This document shows positions 50,050-62,267 of a stretch of DNA of 64,000 nucleotides, piece after piece; the stretch's first letter is position 1; each line of letters begins with the position of its first letter. This DNA comes from Porphyromonas endodontalis. Lineage in GTDB: Bacteria; Bacteroidota; Bacteroidia; Bacteroidales; Porphyromonadaceae. The stretch covers positions 3,277 through 67,276 of the forward strand of contig NZ_JBQMYL010000011.1 in the NCBI RefSeq assembly GCF_052173515.1, given 5' to 3'. Below the pieces are notes generated by a model, which searched no databases, was not told the DNA's origin, and saw nothing but the letters and a program-made list of their open reading frames with translations. Made by a program: the position numbers and the translations under genes.

Positions 50050-50841
50050 TTAGTCCATACTCCCCCGCACAATACCTCGCTCCGAAGAGCGGATAAAATT
50101 GAGTATCAAGTCACGCTCAGGAGAAGATGGGATCTCTTGTTCGATGGTGGCAATGGCTTCTGTATTGTTAAGTCCGCGTTGGTAGAGGGTACGATATACG
50201 TCGTTAATGAGAAAAATTTGCTCATTGGTGAATCCTCTACGCCGCAGTCCTACGATATTGATGCCGCAGTACACGATCGGGTCGCGACCAATTAGGGTGT
50301 AGGGAGGAATGTCTTTGGTAACACGACTCCCCCCCTGTATCATTGCATGTTGCGAGATGCGACCAAACTGATGCACAAGTACACTTCCGCTTAGTATAGC
50401 ATAGTCGTCAATCTCTACTTCTCCTGCTATTTGGGAGGCATTCCCTATAATGATATGATTTTGTAGTACACAGTCGTGGGCAATGTGGCTGTATGCCATG
50501 ATGAGACAATGGTCTCCTATTTTGGTATAACCACGGGAGGCTGTCCCCCGATTGACTGTAGCATACTCGCGGATGGTCGTGTAGTCCCCTATATAGGCAA
50601 GGGTCTCCTCTCCTTGGAATTTTAGGTCTTGGGGAACCCCTGCTATCACAGCTCCCGGATGGATCTCGCAGTGTGCCCCTATACGAGCACCACTGCGTAT
50701 GATGGCATGGCTGTGGATATGAGTTCCCTCTCCTATCTCTACATTTTCTTCTATTATGGCAAAGGCGTCTATTTGTACCCTGTCGGCTAGCTTAGCCTCG
50801 GGGGCAACAAGGGCTGTGGGGTGTATGGTGGTTGTGTTCAT
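50050..50841 (-). CDS. lpxA: UDP-N-acetylglucosamine acyltransferase
   Basis: IHPTA, PQDLKF, HIAHDC, VHQF, GLRRRGF. Confidence 0.96.
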   Translation of the reverse strand: MNTTTIHPTALVAPEAKLADRVQIDAFAIIEENVEIGEGTHIHSHAIIRSGARIGAHCEIHPGAVIAGVPQDLKFQGEETLAYIGDYTTIREYATVNRGTASRGYTKIGDHCLIMAYSHIAHDCVLQNHIIIGNASQIAGEVEIDDYAILSGSVLVHQFGRISQHAMIQGGSRVTKDIPPYTLIGRDPIVYCGINIVGLRRRGFTNEQIFLINDVYRTLYQRGLNNTEAIATIEQEIPSSPERDLILNFIRSSERGIVRGSMD

Positions 50842-50857
50842 TTTATAGGGAAAAAAG

Positions 50858-52237
50858 TTAGTTGTTCTTTACAATCTGTGCCATAAACTCAGCCTCGCAT
50901 ACGAGTTTTTCTCCTACATAAGCAAGACCGCGCATATTGGCAATCCCTCGTATTATCTCACTCATCATGCGCAGACGGAATACTAGGGTATCGCCGGGAA
51001 CAACCTTCTGGCGGAATTTTACATTGTTGATTTTTAGGAAGTAAGTAGAGAAGTCGCTTCCCTCTTCCATAGCACTAAGAACGAGCAATCCTCCCGTCTG
51101 TGCCATTGCTTCTACAATGAGTACTCCGGGCATTACGGGTTCGTTGGGGAAATGTCCAACGAAGAAAGGTTCATTACCCGATACGCTCTTTACTCCTACG
51201 ATGTTATCTTGCCCGATCTCGATAATTTTATCTACAAGGAGGAAGGGATAGCGGTGAGGAAGCAATTCTTTGATGCGATTTATATCAAGTATGGGCTCCT
51301 TATCGGGATCATATACCGGGGCTTGGGCTTCGATCTGTTTGATCTCTTTGCGCAGGAGGCGTGCCATCTTATTGTTGATGCCATGCCCGGGGCTGTAGGC
51401 CAAAACGTGCCCACGGATGAATTTCCCTACGAGAGCAAGGTCGCCTATGATGTCGAGGAGTTTGTGCCGAGCCGGCTCTCCGGATAGGGCCTCATTGGGG
51501 TTGAGGAATCCTATTGTAGTGGGTATTTCGGTCCCCTGAGGTAGCACTTTTCCTAGTTCTTCTCTCTCCTCTTTGCTTAGCTCTCTGTCGTTGATAACGA
51601 GAGCATTCGATAGCTGTCCACCTTGTATCAGACCCTTCTGGATGAGGGGAAGAAGCTCGCGAACAAAGACAAAACTACGAGCCGGAGCAATCTCCGAAGC
51701 ATAGTCTGTATGGCTGTCGTATGAGGCGAATTGATTGCCCAAAAGAGGCGAAGGGTATGAGATATGTGTATCGATACCGAATTCGTCATCGGGCAGGAGG
51801 ATAATACGAGCACCCGTATCAGGGTCACTTACTTCCATCCTTTTTTTGATGATGTAGTACTCGCGTTCGGCCTTCTGTTCGGCAAGACCTACTCGCTGTA
51901 TTGCCTCTACAATAGGCTGAGAATTACCCGTGAGGATTGGGCACTCAGGGGCATTAACTTCTATGATACAATTGTCTACTCCGAGGGCATACAGTGCGCT
52001 GAGGGTGTGTTCGATAGTGCTTACTGAGAGCTCTCCCTTCTTGAGTACAGTACTGCGATCGGTAGAGCAAACTAGCTCTGCCAGTGCCGGAATAAGAGGA
52101 GCATTCTCTACATCTGTACGCCTAATTTGGTATCCTGTGTTGATAGGAGCAGGCTGTAGGGTCATTGTAATGTGGAGACCTGTGTGGAGCCCTATCCCTT
52201 CGAAGTGGAGGGCTTCATTTAGTGTTTGCTGTTGCAT
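50858..52237 (-). CDS. lpxC: Bifunctional LpxC/FabZ
   Basis: [43 protein letters not shown]. Confidence 0.96.
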   Translation of the reverse strand: MQQQTLNEALHFEGIGLHTGLHITMTLQPAPINTGYQIRRTDVENAPLIPALAELVCSTDRSTVLKKGELSVSTIEHTLSALYALGVDNCIIEVNAPECPILTGNSQPIVEAIQRVGLAEQKAEREYYIIKKRMEVSDPDTGARIILLPDDEFGIDTHISYPSPLLGNQFASYDSHTDYASEIAPARSFVFVRELLPLIQKGLIQGGQLSNALVINDRELSKEEREELGKVLPQGTEIPTTIGFLNPNEALSGEPARHKLLDIIGDLALVGKFIRGHVLAYSPGHGINNKMARLLRKEIKQIEAQAPVYDPDKEPILDINRIKELLPHRYPFLLVDKIIEIGQDNIVGVKSVSGNEPFFVGHFPNEPVMPGVLIVEAMAQTGGLLVLSAMEEGSDFSTYFLKINNVKFRQKVVPGDTLVFRLRMMSEIIRGIANMRGLAYVGEKLVCEAEFMAQIVKNN

Positions 52238-53271
52238 GGGGTAGAGGATAATTTGTTGATTTTATCTTCGAGCTCTTCGAGTCTTCTGAGTAGTTGTGGT
52301 AATTTGGGCACTACAGTGTAGGCTCTCATTGCGGTGGAGAGATCCATGGCCGGGGAGCCAAGGAGTTTACGTCCATCCGCAACATTGCCAAGGATACCGG
52401 TCTGGCCGCCCATATCAACATGGTTGCCTACGGAAACATGACCGGCGATGCCAATCTGTCCACCTGTGCGACACCAGGACCCGATATGGGAAGAACCTGC
52501 CATGCCGCCTTGGGCTGCCATTACCGTGTGCTCGCCTACGGAGCAGTTGTGTGCCACCTGTACCAAGTTGTCGAGTTTGGCACCTTTACCGATGATTGTA
52601 CTGCCCATTACGGCGCGATCTATACACGTATTGGCACCGATCTCTACGTCATCGGCAAGGACTACGTTGCCTAATTGGGGGATTTTCTTGTACCCTTCTT
52701 CGGAGGGCGCAAAGCCGAATCCATCAGCCCCGATTACGACTCCGGCATGGAGAGTGCAGCGTGCTCCTATCTCGCATCCCGGGTAGATAGTAACATGGGG
52801 ATAAAGGGTACTCCCCTCGCCAATCTTGCATCCCTTACCGATGTATGTATATGGGTAAATGGAGCAGCCTTCGCCCAAGGTTACTCCCTCGGCAATGTAG
52901 GCAAAAGGAGCAATGTAGCAGTGCTTGGGGAGCTTTACGGAGGGGTGGATAAAGGCTTCACTAGCTACGCCCTCGTAGCGTGGAGCTATCTCTTCTGTTG
53001 CCAATTGCATCAATTGAGCTAGAGCGGCATAGGGATCGGCAACGCGTATTAAGTTGGTAGTGACGGGAGCTGAGGGGCTAAAGTGATCAGAAACGAGAGT
53101 GGCCGTTGCTCGGGTTGTGTAGATATGGGGTTCGTATTTGGGGTTGGCAAGAAAGGTGAGTTGCCCCTCAATGGCCTCTTCTATACGTCCAAATGAGGAT
53201 ACTATAGCTTGGGGATCTCCCTCAATAGTACCTCCCAGCAATGTGGCAATACTCTGTAGTGTAAACTGCAT
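52219..53271 (-). CDS. lpxD: UDP-3-O-acylglucosamine N-acyltransferase
   Basis: [33 protein letters not shown]. Confidence 0.96.
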   Translation of the reverse strand: MQFTLQSIATLLGGTIEGDPQAIVSSFGRIEEAIEGQLTFLANPKYEPHIYTTRATATLVSDHFSPSAPVTTNLIRVADPYAALAQLMQLATEEIAPRYEGVASEAFIHPSVKLPKHCYIAPFAYIAEGVTLGEGCSIYPYTYIGKGCKIGEGSTLYPHVTIYPGCEIGARCTLHAGVVIGADGFGFAPSEEGYKKIPQLGNVVLADDVEIGANTCIDRAVMGSTIIGKGAKLDNLVQVAHNCSVGEHTVMAAQGGMAGSSHIGSWCRTGGQIGIAGHVSVGNHVDMGGQTGILGNVADGRKLLGSPAMDLSTAMRAYTVVPKLPQLLRRLEELEDKINKLSSTPCNSKH

Positions 53272-53299
53272 AACTCTATTTCCCTCTTAAGACTAGGGA

Positions 53300-54130
53300 T
53301 TATATGATTCCTTGTTTGATTAGAGCCGTCTCCATTTTGCGGCGCAGGTTCTCTGCCTCGTTGGCTGCGGCAGATGCAAAATGCTCAGAACTATCGGCAT
53401 AGAGAATCCCTCGGGAAGAATTTACGAGGAGACCACACTCCTGGGTCATACCATGCTCTATGAGTTGGTCAAAATCCCCACCTTGTGCGCCGATGCCCGG
53501 CACTAAAAGAAAATGATTAGGAACAATGTTGCGCACGCGCTGCAGGTACTCGGCTTGGGTTGCCCCCACTACGTACATCATATGCTCGTCGTCACTCCAT
53601 TGGCTGCTGGTCTTGAGTACTTGCTCAAAGAAGAAGTCTCCCTCTTCGTTTTTGGTCAGTTGGAAGTCGCTAGCCCCCTGATTGGAGGTAAGAGCAAGTA
53701 GTACAACCCACTTATCCTTGTACTCCAAAAAAGGTTTTACGCTATCCTGTCCCATATAGGGAGCCACGGTAAGTGCATCGGCTTTTAGGTACTCATAGGA
53801 AGAGCGAGCGTAGTGCATCCCAGTGTTGCCTATGTCTCCTCGCTTACCGTCTATGATGATAAATTGATCGGGGTACTGCTCACGTATGTAAGCGACCGTA
53901 TGCTCCAATACCTGTACTCCAAAGGCTCCCATGGATTCGTAAAATGCTACGTTGGGCTTGTATGCTACACAAGAGCCCGCGGTGGCATCAATGATGGCAC
54001 GATTGAAGGTGAGCATGGGATTTTCCGTACGCATGAGGTGCTCGGGTATCTTTCGGAGGTCTGTATCGAGTCCTACACAAAGGAAGGAGCGTTTCCGCTT
54101 TATGTTTTCTATGAGTTCTTGTCTAGTCAT
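53300..54130 (-). CDS. pyrF: Orotidine-5'-phosphate decarboxylase
   Basis: [36 protein letters not shown]. Confidence 0.96.
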   Translation of the reverse strand: MTRQELIENIKRKRSFLCVGLDTDLRKIPEHLMRTENPMLTFNRAIIDATAGSCVAYKPNVAFYESMGAFGVQVLEHTVAYIREQYPDQFIIIDGKRGDIGNTGMHYARSSYEYLKADALTVAPYMGQDSVKPFLEYKDKWVVLLALTSNQGASDFQLTKNEEGDFFFEQVLKTSSQWSDDEHMMYVVGATQAEYLQRVRNIVPNHFLLVPGIGAQGGDFDQLIEHGMTQECGLLVNSSRGILYADSSEHFASAAANEAENLRRKMETALIKQGII

Positions 54131-54174
54131 TGCAACTATGTATTACATGCCTTTTGAATAATAGGAGTCGGGGA

Positions 54175-55263
54175 TTAGCTAAGGGCAGCTTCCTGCAATC
54201 GTTCGCTATTTTCTGCCACAGAGAGGGCATCGATAATGGGCTTTAGGTCACCATCGAGCACGGCTTGTAGGTTGTACAGAGTGAGCCCGATTCGGTGGTC
54301 GGTTAGCCTACCTTGTGGATAGTTATAGGTTCGTATTTTAGCACTTCTATCGCCGGTTGATACCATCGTTTTACGGCGAGAGGCAACCTCATCGAGGTAC
54401 TTCTGATGCTCCAGATTGTAGATGCGGCTACGCAGTTCCGTGAGGGCTTTTGCTTTGTTTTTGAGCTGCGAACGCTCGTCTTGGCTCTGCACGGTGATCC
54501 CGGTAGGTACGTGTACGATACGCACCGCCGAGTAGGTCGTATTTACGGATTGCCCCCCTGCACCGCTGGAGCAAAAGGTGTCGATACGTAGATCGCTCTC
54601 CTTTATTTCTACATCAAACTCGTCGGCTTCCGGGAATACGGCAACCGTGGCAGCCGAAGTATGGATGCGCCCCTGAGCCTCGGTCTCCGGCACACGTTGC
54701 ACACGATGTACACCGGACTCGTACTTGAGGGTGCCATAGGCATTGTCTCCCGTTACGGAGAAAACGATCTCTTTGTATCCCCCGAGAGTGCCCTCGGTAT
54801 AGCTACTCACCTCTACACGCCAGCCGAGCCCCTCTACAAAGCGAGTGTACATCTTAAAGAGGTCACGGGCGAATAGAGCGGCTTCGTCTCCCCCCGTACC
54901 TGCACGGATTTCCATGATGGCATTCTTCCCATCTTCGGGGTCATCGGGTAGGAGCAATAGGGCAATTTTTTCTTGCAATTGAGGGCATTGCTCGTCGGCA
55001 AAGGCGATCTCCTCTTTGGCAAGAGCCTTCATCTCCTCATCATCTGTCCCATTGAGTAGCTCCATCGCTTCTTGGCGATTGAGCTTGAGGCGATTGTATT
55101 CATCGTGGGCTTGGTGCAACTCCTCCAGGCGGCGATACTCTTTACTGAGGCGTACAAAGCGCTTATCGTCCGCTATTACAGAGGGATCTGTGATGAGCAA
55201 AGCAACCTCTTCGAATCGAGATTCGAGGTTCTGGAGGTGTTGTAATAGTTTCTCTTCGTTCAT
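54175..55263 (-). CDS. prfA: Peptide chain release factor 1
   Basis: GTGGDEA, RVPETE (PxT), GAGGQ, IRTYNYPQ. Confidence 0.96.
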   Translation of the reverse strand: MNEEKLLQHLQNLESRFEEVALLITDPSVIADDKRFVRLSKEYRRLEELHQAHDEYNRLKLNRQEAMELLNGTDDEEMKALAKEEIAFADEQCPQLQEKIALLLLPDDPEDGKNAIMEIRAGTGGDEAALFARDLFKMYTRFVEGLGWRVEVSSYTEGTLGGYKEIVFSVTGDNAYGTLKYESGVHRVQRVPETEAQGRIHTSAATVAVFPEADEFDVEIKESDLRIDTFCSSGAGGQSVNTTYSAVRIVHVPTGITVQSQDERSQLKNKAKALTELRSRIYNLEHQKYLDEVASRRKTMVSTGDRSAKIRTYNYPQGRLTDHRIGLTLYNLQAVLDGDLKPIIDALSVAENSERLQEAALS

Positions 55264-56430
55264 TTAGTAGCGTAGAGTGCCATAGGGCGATTGTATGGTG
55301 AGACTATTCGTTGCTGCGTCTTCTACATGCCCTATTACTTGGGCTTCGATACCGAAACTCTGACTGATGGCGATAACATCACTGGCCACCTCCTGAGGTA
55401 AGTAAAACTCTAGGCGATGCCCCATGTTGAATACTTTATAGAGCTCTTCTCCCGAGGCGCCGCTCTCTTCTGCAATGATGCGGAAGAGTGGGGGTACGGG
55501 CAAAAGATTGTCTTTTACGACATGCTTCCCTCGAACAAAGTGGAGTACCTTGGTCTGTGCTCCCCCGGTGCAATGTACCATACCATGTATTTGGGGGCGA
55601 AGCTCTCGGAGCACCGCAGCCACTACGGGGGCATAAGTGCGTGTGGGGGAGAGTATCAATTGCCCCATATTAAGAGGTGTACCTTCCACAGGTTCTAAGA
55701 GAGAACGAGACCCACTGTAGACAAGGTCTTGAGGGATGGCGGCATCGAAACTTTCGGGGAATCGCTCTGCAAGGTATTTCCCTAAGACGTCGTGCCGAGC
55801 GGAGGTAAGCCCATTGCTCCCCATTCCGCCGTTGTATTGGTGCTCATAGGAGGCTTGGCCATAGGAGGCAAGCCCTACTATTACGTCTCCACCGGCAATG
55901 CGTGCATTGTCTATCACATCACTACGGCGCATTCGGCAGGTTACGGTACTATCCACTATAATGGTACGCACGAGGTCGCCTACATCTGCTGTTTCTCCTC
56001 CTGTGGAGTAGATGCCTACGCCTAGCTGGCGGAGGTTCTCTAGTAGCTCTTCTGTACCATTGATGATTTCTGCAATCACTTCTCCCGGGATGAGAGACTT
56101 GTTGCGCCCAATGGTGGAGGAGAGCAAGATGTTGTCGGTTGCTCCTACGCAGAGGAGGTCGTCGAGGTTCATTACGAGAGCGTCTTGGGCTATCCCTTTC
56201 CAAACGGAGAGGTCGCCGGTTTCACGCCAATAGATGTAAGCAAGGGAAGACTTTGTACCGGCTCCATCGGCATGCATTAGGTTGCAATAGTCGGGGTCCC
56301 CACCCAAGAGGTCGGGGATGATCTTACAAAATGCCTGAGGGTATAGCCCCTTGTCTACATTTTTGATTGCATTGTGTACGTCTTCTTTACTAGCAGAGAC
56401 GCCACGCTGCATATATCGTTCGTTGCTCAT
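55264..56430 (-). CDS. purM: AIR synthase (Bacteroidetes type)
   Basis: RGVSASKEDVH, HADGAGTK, GGETADV, SNGLTSARH, FNMGHR. Confidence 0.9.
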   Translation of the reverse strand: MSNERYMQRGVSASKEDVHNAIKNVDKGLYPQAFCKIIPDLLGGDPDYCNLMHADGAGTKSSLAYIYWRETGDLSVWKGIAQDALVMNLDDLLCVGATDNILLSSTIGRNKSLIPGEVIAEIINGTEELLENLRQLGVGIYSTGGETADVGDLVRTIIVDSTVTCRMRRSDVIDNARIAGGDVIVGLASYGQASYEHQYNGGMGSNGLTSARHDVLGKYLAERFPESFDAAIPQDLVYSGSRSLLEPVEGTPLNMGQLILSPTRTYAPVVAAVLRELRPQIHGMVHCTGGAQTKVLHFVRGKHVVKDNLLPVPPLFRIIAEESGASGEELYKVFNMGHRLEFYLPQEVASDVIAISQSFGIEAQVIGHVEDAATNSLTIQSPYGTLRY

Positions 56431-56446
56431 AGTGCTGATTGTCGTT

Positions 56447-57400
56447 TTACCAAAGCCGGAGTACATCTCCCTCTAGAGGTACGTAACTCTCTATGTCTAA
56501 ACCATTGATTTTGTAGAGATACTCCACGCGAATGCCGTAGAGTTGTGAGATGCTGTGCATAGACTCTCCCACGCTCACTACATGATCTTGGGTGCTATCT
56601 CCATGTTTGTTTTTGCGTTGTAGATATATCACATCTCCCTTTTTGAGGGGGAAGTCTACGGGAGCATCGTTGAAGGTTGCCAGCTTCTCTTCGTCGATAT
56701 TTACATCGCGAGCTATTGTTGCAAAGGAGTCTCCCTCTTCTGCCAATACGTACTCGAGACCATAGCAATTGTATTGGGTTCGCTTTTTGGGGGGCTTGGA
56801 AGTAGTTTGCTTTTCTCGCTTCTTCTCTAGTGTGGAAGAGGGCGATGATGCTTTCCCTTTCATCCACGAGGGGGAGGCTTCTCGGTCGAGTTCGTACAAA
56901 CTATAAAGCTCTACAAGAGCAATGAGTTTATTGGCATATCCTTTGTCTGTGGCGTATCCACATCTTTGCAATCCCTTGGCCCATCCTTGATAATCGTCCA
57001 GTGAGAGCTGGAATAAAGACTTGTAGCGAGGTTGTTGCAAGAAGTAGGAGTGATCGGTATAGGAGTCTAAGGGAGAATCGTAACTGCGGAAGCATTCTCC
57101 CTTTTCATCGTCGTCTTTATAGGCTCTATTGCCTTGCCAAGTTTTGTGACACTTGATCCCAAAGTGATTGTTGTGTACACTTGCCAGCGTGCTTGCACCT
57201 GCATTCGACTCGAGCAGTCCCTGTGCGATTGTGATACTTGCAGGTATCTTGTGCCGCTTCATCTGGTGTATGGCTTCGTTGGCATACTTGCGGATATAGG
57301 TTTGATAGGCGGCATTCATGCGCTGTCCATACAGGAGTGGTAAGGAAGTGAGGGAGAATAGTAGCACTATGATCCCGCGTAATAACTGGTTTGCTCGCAT
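56447..57400 (-). CDS. Glucosaminidase (GH73) domain protein with LysM domains
   Basis: AQGLLES, NNHFGIK, GYATD; two LysM-like C-terminal repeats; TACCTTTG at 57425-57432. Confidence 0.9.
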   Translation of the reverse strand: MRANQLLRGIIVLLFSLTSLPLLYGQRMNAAYQTYIRKYANEAIHQMKRHKIPASITIAQGLLESNAGASTLASVHNNHFGIKCHKTWQGNRAYKDDDEKGECFRSYDSPLDSYTDHSYFLQQPRYKSLFQLSLDDYQGWAKGLQRCGYATDKGYANKLIALVELYSLYELDREASPSWMKGKASSPSSTLEKKREKQTTSKPPKKRTQYNCYGLEYVLAEEGDSFATIARDVNIDEEKLATFNDAPVDFPLKKGDVIYLQRKNKHGDSTQDHVVSVGESMHSISQLYGIRVEYLYKINGLDIESYVPLEGDVLRLW

Positions 57401-57518
57401 TGCCTGTTTCGTATCTTATCTCCACAAAGGTACAATTTTGCCGCGGATTTGCCATCGTCGGCTTTTGCGGCTACCTATCCGTGATAGAGGGGCTTTCTAT
57501 TAAAGAAGAGCAGAGGGG

Positions 57519-58499
57519 CTATGAGAAGAATGGCAGACTCCAAACAACAAGGAGGCTGAGGATGAGTACAATGAACCAGAAAGAGCGTACCTTACGCTCG
57601 TGGGCTGGGAAGGCAAGAACCATGACCATAGAGGCCGGGATGAGGCTCAGGAGCGAAAGCCCAACGAGGTGCTGTGAATAAAAAATCCCCAGAGGAAGCA
57701 TGAGGGCTGGGCGCATCTGTGCTGCCATAAGTTGGCGTACTCGCACTTTCTTTTCACCCAAGCGTATTACGCCAAATAATGTAGCGATAGCGTAGAGAGA
57801 GGTACTAACTGCTACGGCTATGAGTAGGGGAGGAGGTAACATATTCCCCTCTTGCCAGATGGGGCGAGGGGTGACTATCTCTTGTAGTGCCTGCTGTAGA
57901 TGGGGAAGACGCTCGCTGTACAATACAATAGGGGTAGCAATAATAAAGATGCTAATAAGTCCCAAGAAAAATCCGATACTGCTACGCAAAGAGAGGGCAC
58001 GGAGGTCAATGGCTGTAAAAAGAATGAGAGGAAGTAAGGCTATAAATGGGGGGTAAAGTAAAACCCCCAAGCCCATAAATACCCCGGCTGTCGTGAGGTC
58101 TAGAGGATGATCGGGGTGGCGATAACTATTGTAGAGGTTGAAGATAATCCCGAGGTAGGGCAATAGGGAGAGAAGAGCCGTGCTAGAGCTCCAAGCGGAG
58201 GGGTAGAGTAGAAAAAGAAGAGTCGCCAGCAAGGTACACCAGCGACGGTCTACTTCGTTATAAAGAACAAAGGTATTGGCGAGAAATCGTACGAGGAGAC
58301 AAGCTAGGATGATGAGTAGTCCTGCTCCTACAGAGAGGATCCACCCGGGTACTTCTAAGGGCGTCTCCATCATCCAAAAGGAGAGCTGTGAGGAAGTGAA
58401 AAGGGGTGTGATAGCTACCACTGCCCCTAGGATTAGGAGAAAGGAGAGTGGCAAAGCTCCTCGCATTTTGCCGGGGGAGGGGGAGGTATTGTATTGCAT
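57519..58499 (-). CDS. Polytopic membrane protein of unknown function (DUF6427-like)
   Basis: Many hydrophobic helices; lies downstream of purD. Confidence 0.6.
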   Translation of the reverse strand: MQYNTSPSPGKMRGALPLSFLLILGAVVAITPLFTSSQLSFWMMETPLEVPGWILSVGAGLLIILACLLVRFLANTFVLYNEVDRRWCTLLATLLFLLYPSAWSSSTALLSLLPYLGIIFNLYNSYRHPDHPLDLTTAGVFMGLGVLLYPPFIALLPLILFTAIDLRALSLRSSIGFFLGLISIFIIATPIVLYSERLPHLQQALQEIVTPRPIWQEGNMLPPPLLIAVAVSTSLYAIATLFGVIRLGEKKVRVRQLMAAQMRPALMLPLGIFYSQHLVGLSLLSLIPASMVMVLAFPAHERKVRSFWFIVLILSLLVVWSLPFFS

Positions 58500-58657
58500 C
58501 TAAAGAGGGGAGAGATGGCAATCTGAAGTATAAGCCGAGAGAGAAAGAGGTGTAGAGGGTAGGGAAGTATCTGACTAGAAGTATTCTAACAATATATAGA
58601 AAAGTCCCTACCCCCACATTTTTATTAGAGAGGGGATAGGGACGCTTTATACCTTAG

Positions 58658-60028
58658 TTAGAGAAGATCTTGCCCAATATCGTGGCGATAATTCTTCCCT
58701 TCGAAGAGTACCTGCTGGGCTATGGTATAGCACCGTTTGAGGGCAGCTTCGGAGGTAGCTCCGTAAGAGCTTACAGAGAGTACTCGCCCTCCATCGGTTA
58801 CAATCTTGCCATCGAGTTTACGCGTGCCGGCATGGAAGAGGCAAGTGTCGTGGGGAGGATCGGGGAGTGTGATCTCGTACCCCTTTTTGTAGCTTCCCGG
58901 GTAACCACGGGAGACGAGCATTACACTAGCGGCAGGGCGAGGGTCTTCGCTCAATGTGTATTCGTCGAGTGTGCCACTAGCTATAGCCTTGAGGAGAAGA
59001 GCCACATCGCTAGAGATGCGGAGCATAACAGTCTCCGTCTCGGGGTCTCCTAGGCGGCAATTGTACTCAATAACATAGGGATCGCCTTTCACATTCATCA
59101 GCCCGAGGAAGATAAATCCACGGTACTCTATATGTTCATCTCGCAACCCTTGTAGGGTTGGTTCTATGATACGTTGGCGTACCTTTTCCATAAAAGCCTC
59201 GTCGGCAAAAGGTACGGGGCTAACAGATCCCATCCCTCCCGTATTGGGTCCCATGTCGCCATCGCCGATACGTTTGTAGTCTTTAGCTGCGGGGAGTACC
59301 TTGTAATTGACCCCATCGGTTGCCACAAATATGGAGCATTCAATGCCTTGTAGGAACTCTTCAATGACTATTTTTTGTCCCTTACTCCCCCAAATGCCTT
59401 CGGCAAGGTCGTCGAAGCCTTCGGCAGCCTCCTCTAGTGTGGGAACAATAAGCACCCCTTTACCGGCTGCCAAACCATCGGCTTTGAGCACAAAGGGAGG
59501 ATGCAGGGTTTGCAGATAAGCTACGGCTTCACTCTTTTCGTTGGCTGCAAAGGTGCGGTAACTTGCCGTCGGGATACCATAGCGTTGCATAAAGGCTTTG
59601 CTAAAGTCTTTGCTCCCCTCCAGCTGTGCACCTTGGGCATTGGGCCCTACGACCATGAGTTGAGGGAAGTCTTCTTTGCGCTCGGCAAAATAGTCGGCAA
59701 TGCCCTGTACAAGGGGCTCTTCGGGGCCGGAAACCAAGAGGTTGACCCCATGACTTGCAATAAAGTCTGCGATTGCGTCAAAGTCTTTGCCCGAGAGCTC
59801 GGGTACATTGATGCCGTAGATTTCACTCCCTCCATTACCCGGGGCAATGTAGAGTTGCTCTACCTCGGGAGAGGTGGCAATGCGCCATGCCATGGCAGAC
59901 TCGCGCCCCCCGGAGCCTAGAAGCAGTACGATGAGGCGTTCGCTAGCTCGTTTTTCTTGCATGATCGAATCTAATTGGAGGAGGTCTTTTTGCTCCTCAT
60001 CTTGTGCGATATAGTATATCTTGCTCAT
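58658..60028 (-). CDS. purD: Phosphoribosylamine--glycine ligase
   Basis: [43 protein letters not shown] overlap with ptpA. Confidence 0.97.
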   Translation of the reverse strand: MSKIYYIAQDEEQKDLLQLDSIMQEKRASERLIVLLLGSGGRESAMAWRIATSPEVEQLYIAPGNGGSEIYGINVPELSGKDFDAIADFIASHGVNLLVSGPEEPLVQGIADYFAERKEDFPQLMVVGPNAQGAQLEGSKDFSKAFMQRYGIPTASYRTFAANEKSEAVAYLQTLHPPFVLKADGLAAGKGVLIVPTLEEAAEGFDDLAEGIWGSKGQKIVIEEFLQGIECSIFVATDGVNYKVLPAAKDYKRIGDGDMGPNTGGMGSVSPVPFADEAFMEKVRQRIIEPTLQGLRDEHIEYRGFIFLGLMNVKGDPYVIEYNCRLGDPETETVMLRISSDVALLLKAIASGTLDEYTLSEDPRPAASVMLVSRGYPGSYKKGYEITLPDPPHDTCLFHAGTRKLDGKIVTDGGRVLSVSSYGATSEAALKRCYTIAQQVLFEGKNYRHDIGQDLL

Positions 60029-62241
60029 AGGTGATCTTGGAAGTATCTTGTTATTGTTTGGTTTAGATGTACGCGATCTTTACCCAGTACGTTGTGTTCG
60101 TGCCCCGGGTAATACATGCAATCGGGGTATGTACGCTGGTTAATACATGCTTGTACAAAGGCTTGTGCGTGCTGCCAAAGTACCACATTGTCTACGGTAC
60201 CATGGATGAGAAGGAGGCGTCCCTTGAGGTCGCCGGCACGGAGTGTGAGGTTGTTTTGTTGGTACCCTTCGGGGTTTTCTTGCGGAGTATCGTTGTAGCG
60301 TTCGCCGTACATTACTTCGTAACGGCTCCAGTCCATTACGGGGCCTCCTGCTACACCTACTTTGAAAACGTCGCTGTGGGTGAGCATCAGGTTGGTAGTC
60401 ATAAAGCCTCCAAAGCTCCATCCGTAGACACCCATACGCTCAGTATCTACCCAAGGTCGCTTTTGTAGGAATTCTACTCCGCGCATTTGGTCGTCCATTT
60501 CGGCCGTCCCTACTTGGCGGTGAATCACCTGCTCAAAGTCGCGCCCACGGCGAGCACTCCCTCTATTGTCGAGGGTGAAGACAACGTACCCCTGCTGTGC
60601 CATATACACATCCCAACCGCCGGCTCCGGCTAACCAGTCTTTGGTCACAAGTTGAGCGTGCGGACCGCCATAAACGTAAATGATGGTCGGGTACTTTTTG
60701 TTCGGGTCGAAGTTAATCGGTTTGAGGAGGCGATAGTGCAGTGTCGTCTTGCCATCACGTGCCGTTAGGGTACCCAGTGTAATCTCGGGCATGATGGCAT
60801 TTTTTGTGGGATCTTCCGCCTTGAGTAGTTGCTTTTCTTCTTTCCCCTTAGTACTAACGATGCGGCTGATGCGAGGTGTCGTAGGGGACGAATAGGTGTC
60901 TATAAACGCTGTTTTAGAAGCGTTGAGGCTTGTATGGTGCACTCCCTCTATGGGGGTTAGGTCCACAAAATTTTTGCCATTAATGCCTATGCTGTAGAGG
61001 CGAGTCTCTAGAGGCGAAGCCGCTGTTGCCTCAAAAAAGATGGTCTTGCCGTCTTGAGAGAAGCCCTTGAATTCTGTCACCTCCCACTCTCCTCGGGTAA
61101 TTTGTTGTAGAGAGTTTGCTTTACGGGTAGAGCCAAGATAGAAGTGGTTGTAGCCATCTTTGCGAGAGAGCCAGAGGTAACGCCCATCGTTGGCAGGCAA
61201 GAAAATCATGGGAGATTGCGGCTCAATGTATTTGGGGTCATTCTCCACAAACAGCGTGGCAAGCCTAGCTCCCGATTGGGCATCGTAGCGATTGACTTCG
61301 TTGTGGTTCTGCCCCCGATTCACTTCGGCAATGTAGAGCGAACGATTGTCGGGATCCCAAGCAATGTTGGTAAGGTAGTGCTCGGGGTCGCCTCCCGTTT
61401 GCATATAGACCGTTTGCCCCGTAGTGCGATCGAATACTCCCAGGGTAACGTGGTGCGAAGGCTCGCCCGCCATGGGATAGCGTACAGGCACCTCTTTTGC
61501 CTTGTGTGGGGTGATGTCTACCAAAGGATAGGGAGCTACCATGGATTGATCCATGCGGTAGAAGGCAACTTTGCTGCCATTGGGGCTCCAGAAGATCCCC
61601 TTCTCGATACCAAACTCACGCTGATGAACAGACTCCCCATAGACGATTGTATCCCCTTCGTTTTGGGCGATAACGAGGCGTTGTGTGCGCTTGTCGCTCC
61701 CTGCCTCCTCTAGTTGCTGCATGTAAAGAGTGCCATCGCTGCTTCTTGCGATAAGCCACTTGGCATCGGGCGATAGCTCTACAAGCTCATCGGCAGTATC
61801 CCCTTGGCTCTGGAGCGAAAGGCTGCGAAGAAGCTTTTTCTGAGAAAGATCGATAATATAGATGGCACGCCATGTTTGCACCGCAAGGAGAGATGGCTCT
61901 CCCTCAATGGGGTAGTAATGGGGTAGTTGCCCATGATACATGTGTAGGAGATCCTCTCCTGTGATTAGGTTTTGTATCTCACTAACAGTAAGTAATACCT
62001 TGGGACTTTGCTCTTTGGCATTGCTTTCCATCAGTTTATCCCCCTCTAGATAGGTACAACGGTCTCCTATCCATTGCAAGCGAGGGATATATTTGGGGTA
62101 GTAGTTGCTGATGAACTTTTGCCCTCCCGGGGTTACCTCCTCCAGGCTATAGAGCCCTTGGGCATCTTGTGCATAGCCGTAGATTGCACTCCCGGTAAGC
62201 AGGGTGGCGAGAAATAGGGTATGCAGAGTTCTGTTTCTCAT
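60025..62241 (-). CDS. ptpA: S9B prolyl tripeptidyl/dipeptidyl peptidase
   Basis: [21 protein letters not shown] (Ser), GTVD (Asp), HEHNV (His), signal peptide. Confidence 0.85.
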   Translation of the reverse strand: MRNRTLHTLFLATLLTGSAIYGYAQDAQGLYSLEEVTPGGQKFISNYYPKYIPRLQWIGDRCTYLEGDKLMESNAKEQSPKVLLTVSEIQNLITGEDLLHMYHGQLPHYYPIEGEPSLLAVQTWRAIYIIDLSQKKLLRSLSLQSQGDTADELVELSPDAKWLIARSSDGTLYMQQLEEAGSDKRTQRLVIAQNEGDTIVYGESVHQREFGIEKGIFWSPNGSKVAFYRMDQSMVAPYPLVDITPHKAKEVPVRYPMAGEPSHHVTLGVFDRTTGQTVYMQTGGDPEHYLTNIAWDPDNRSLYIAEVNRGQNHNEVNRYDAQSGARLATLFVENDPKYIEPQSPMIFLPANDGRYLWLSRKDGYNHFYLGSTRKANSLQQITRGEWEVTEFKGFSQDGKTIFFEATAASPLETRLYSIGINGKNFVDLTPIEGVHHTSLNASKTAFIDTYSSPTTPRISRIVSTKGKEEKQLLKAEDPTKNAIMPEITLGTLTARDGKTTLHYRLLKPINFDPNKKYPTIIYVYGGPHAQLVTKDWLAGAGGWDVYMAQQGYVVFTLDNRGSARRGRDFEQVIHRQVGTAEMDDQMRGVEFLQKRPWVDTERMGVYGWSFGGFMTTNLMLTHSDVFKVGVAGGPVMDWSRYEVMYGERYNDTPQENPEGYQQNNLTLRAGDLKGRLLLIHGTVDNVVLWQHAQAFVQACINQRTYPDCMYYPGHEHNVLGKDRVHLNQTITRYFQDHL

Positions 62242-62267
62242 ATACTTGTATATTTCGTTTGGTTTCA

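Noticed and set aside
50858..52237. LpxC-FabZ fusion as a novelty
   Set aside because: Standard in Bacteroidetes
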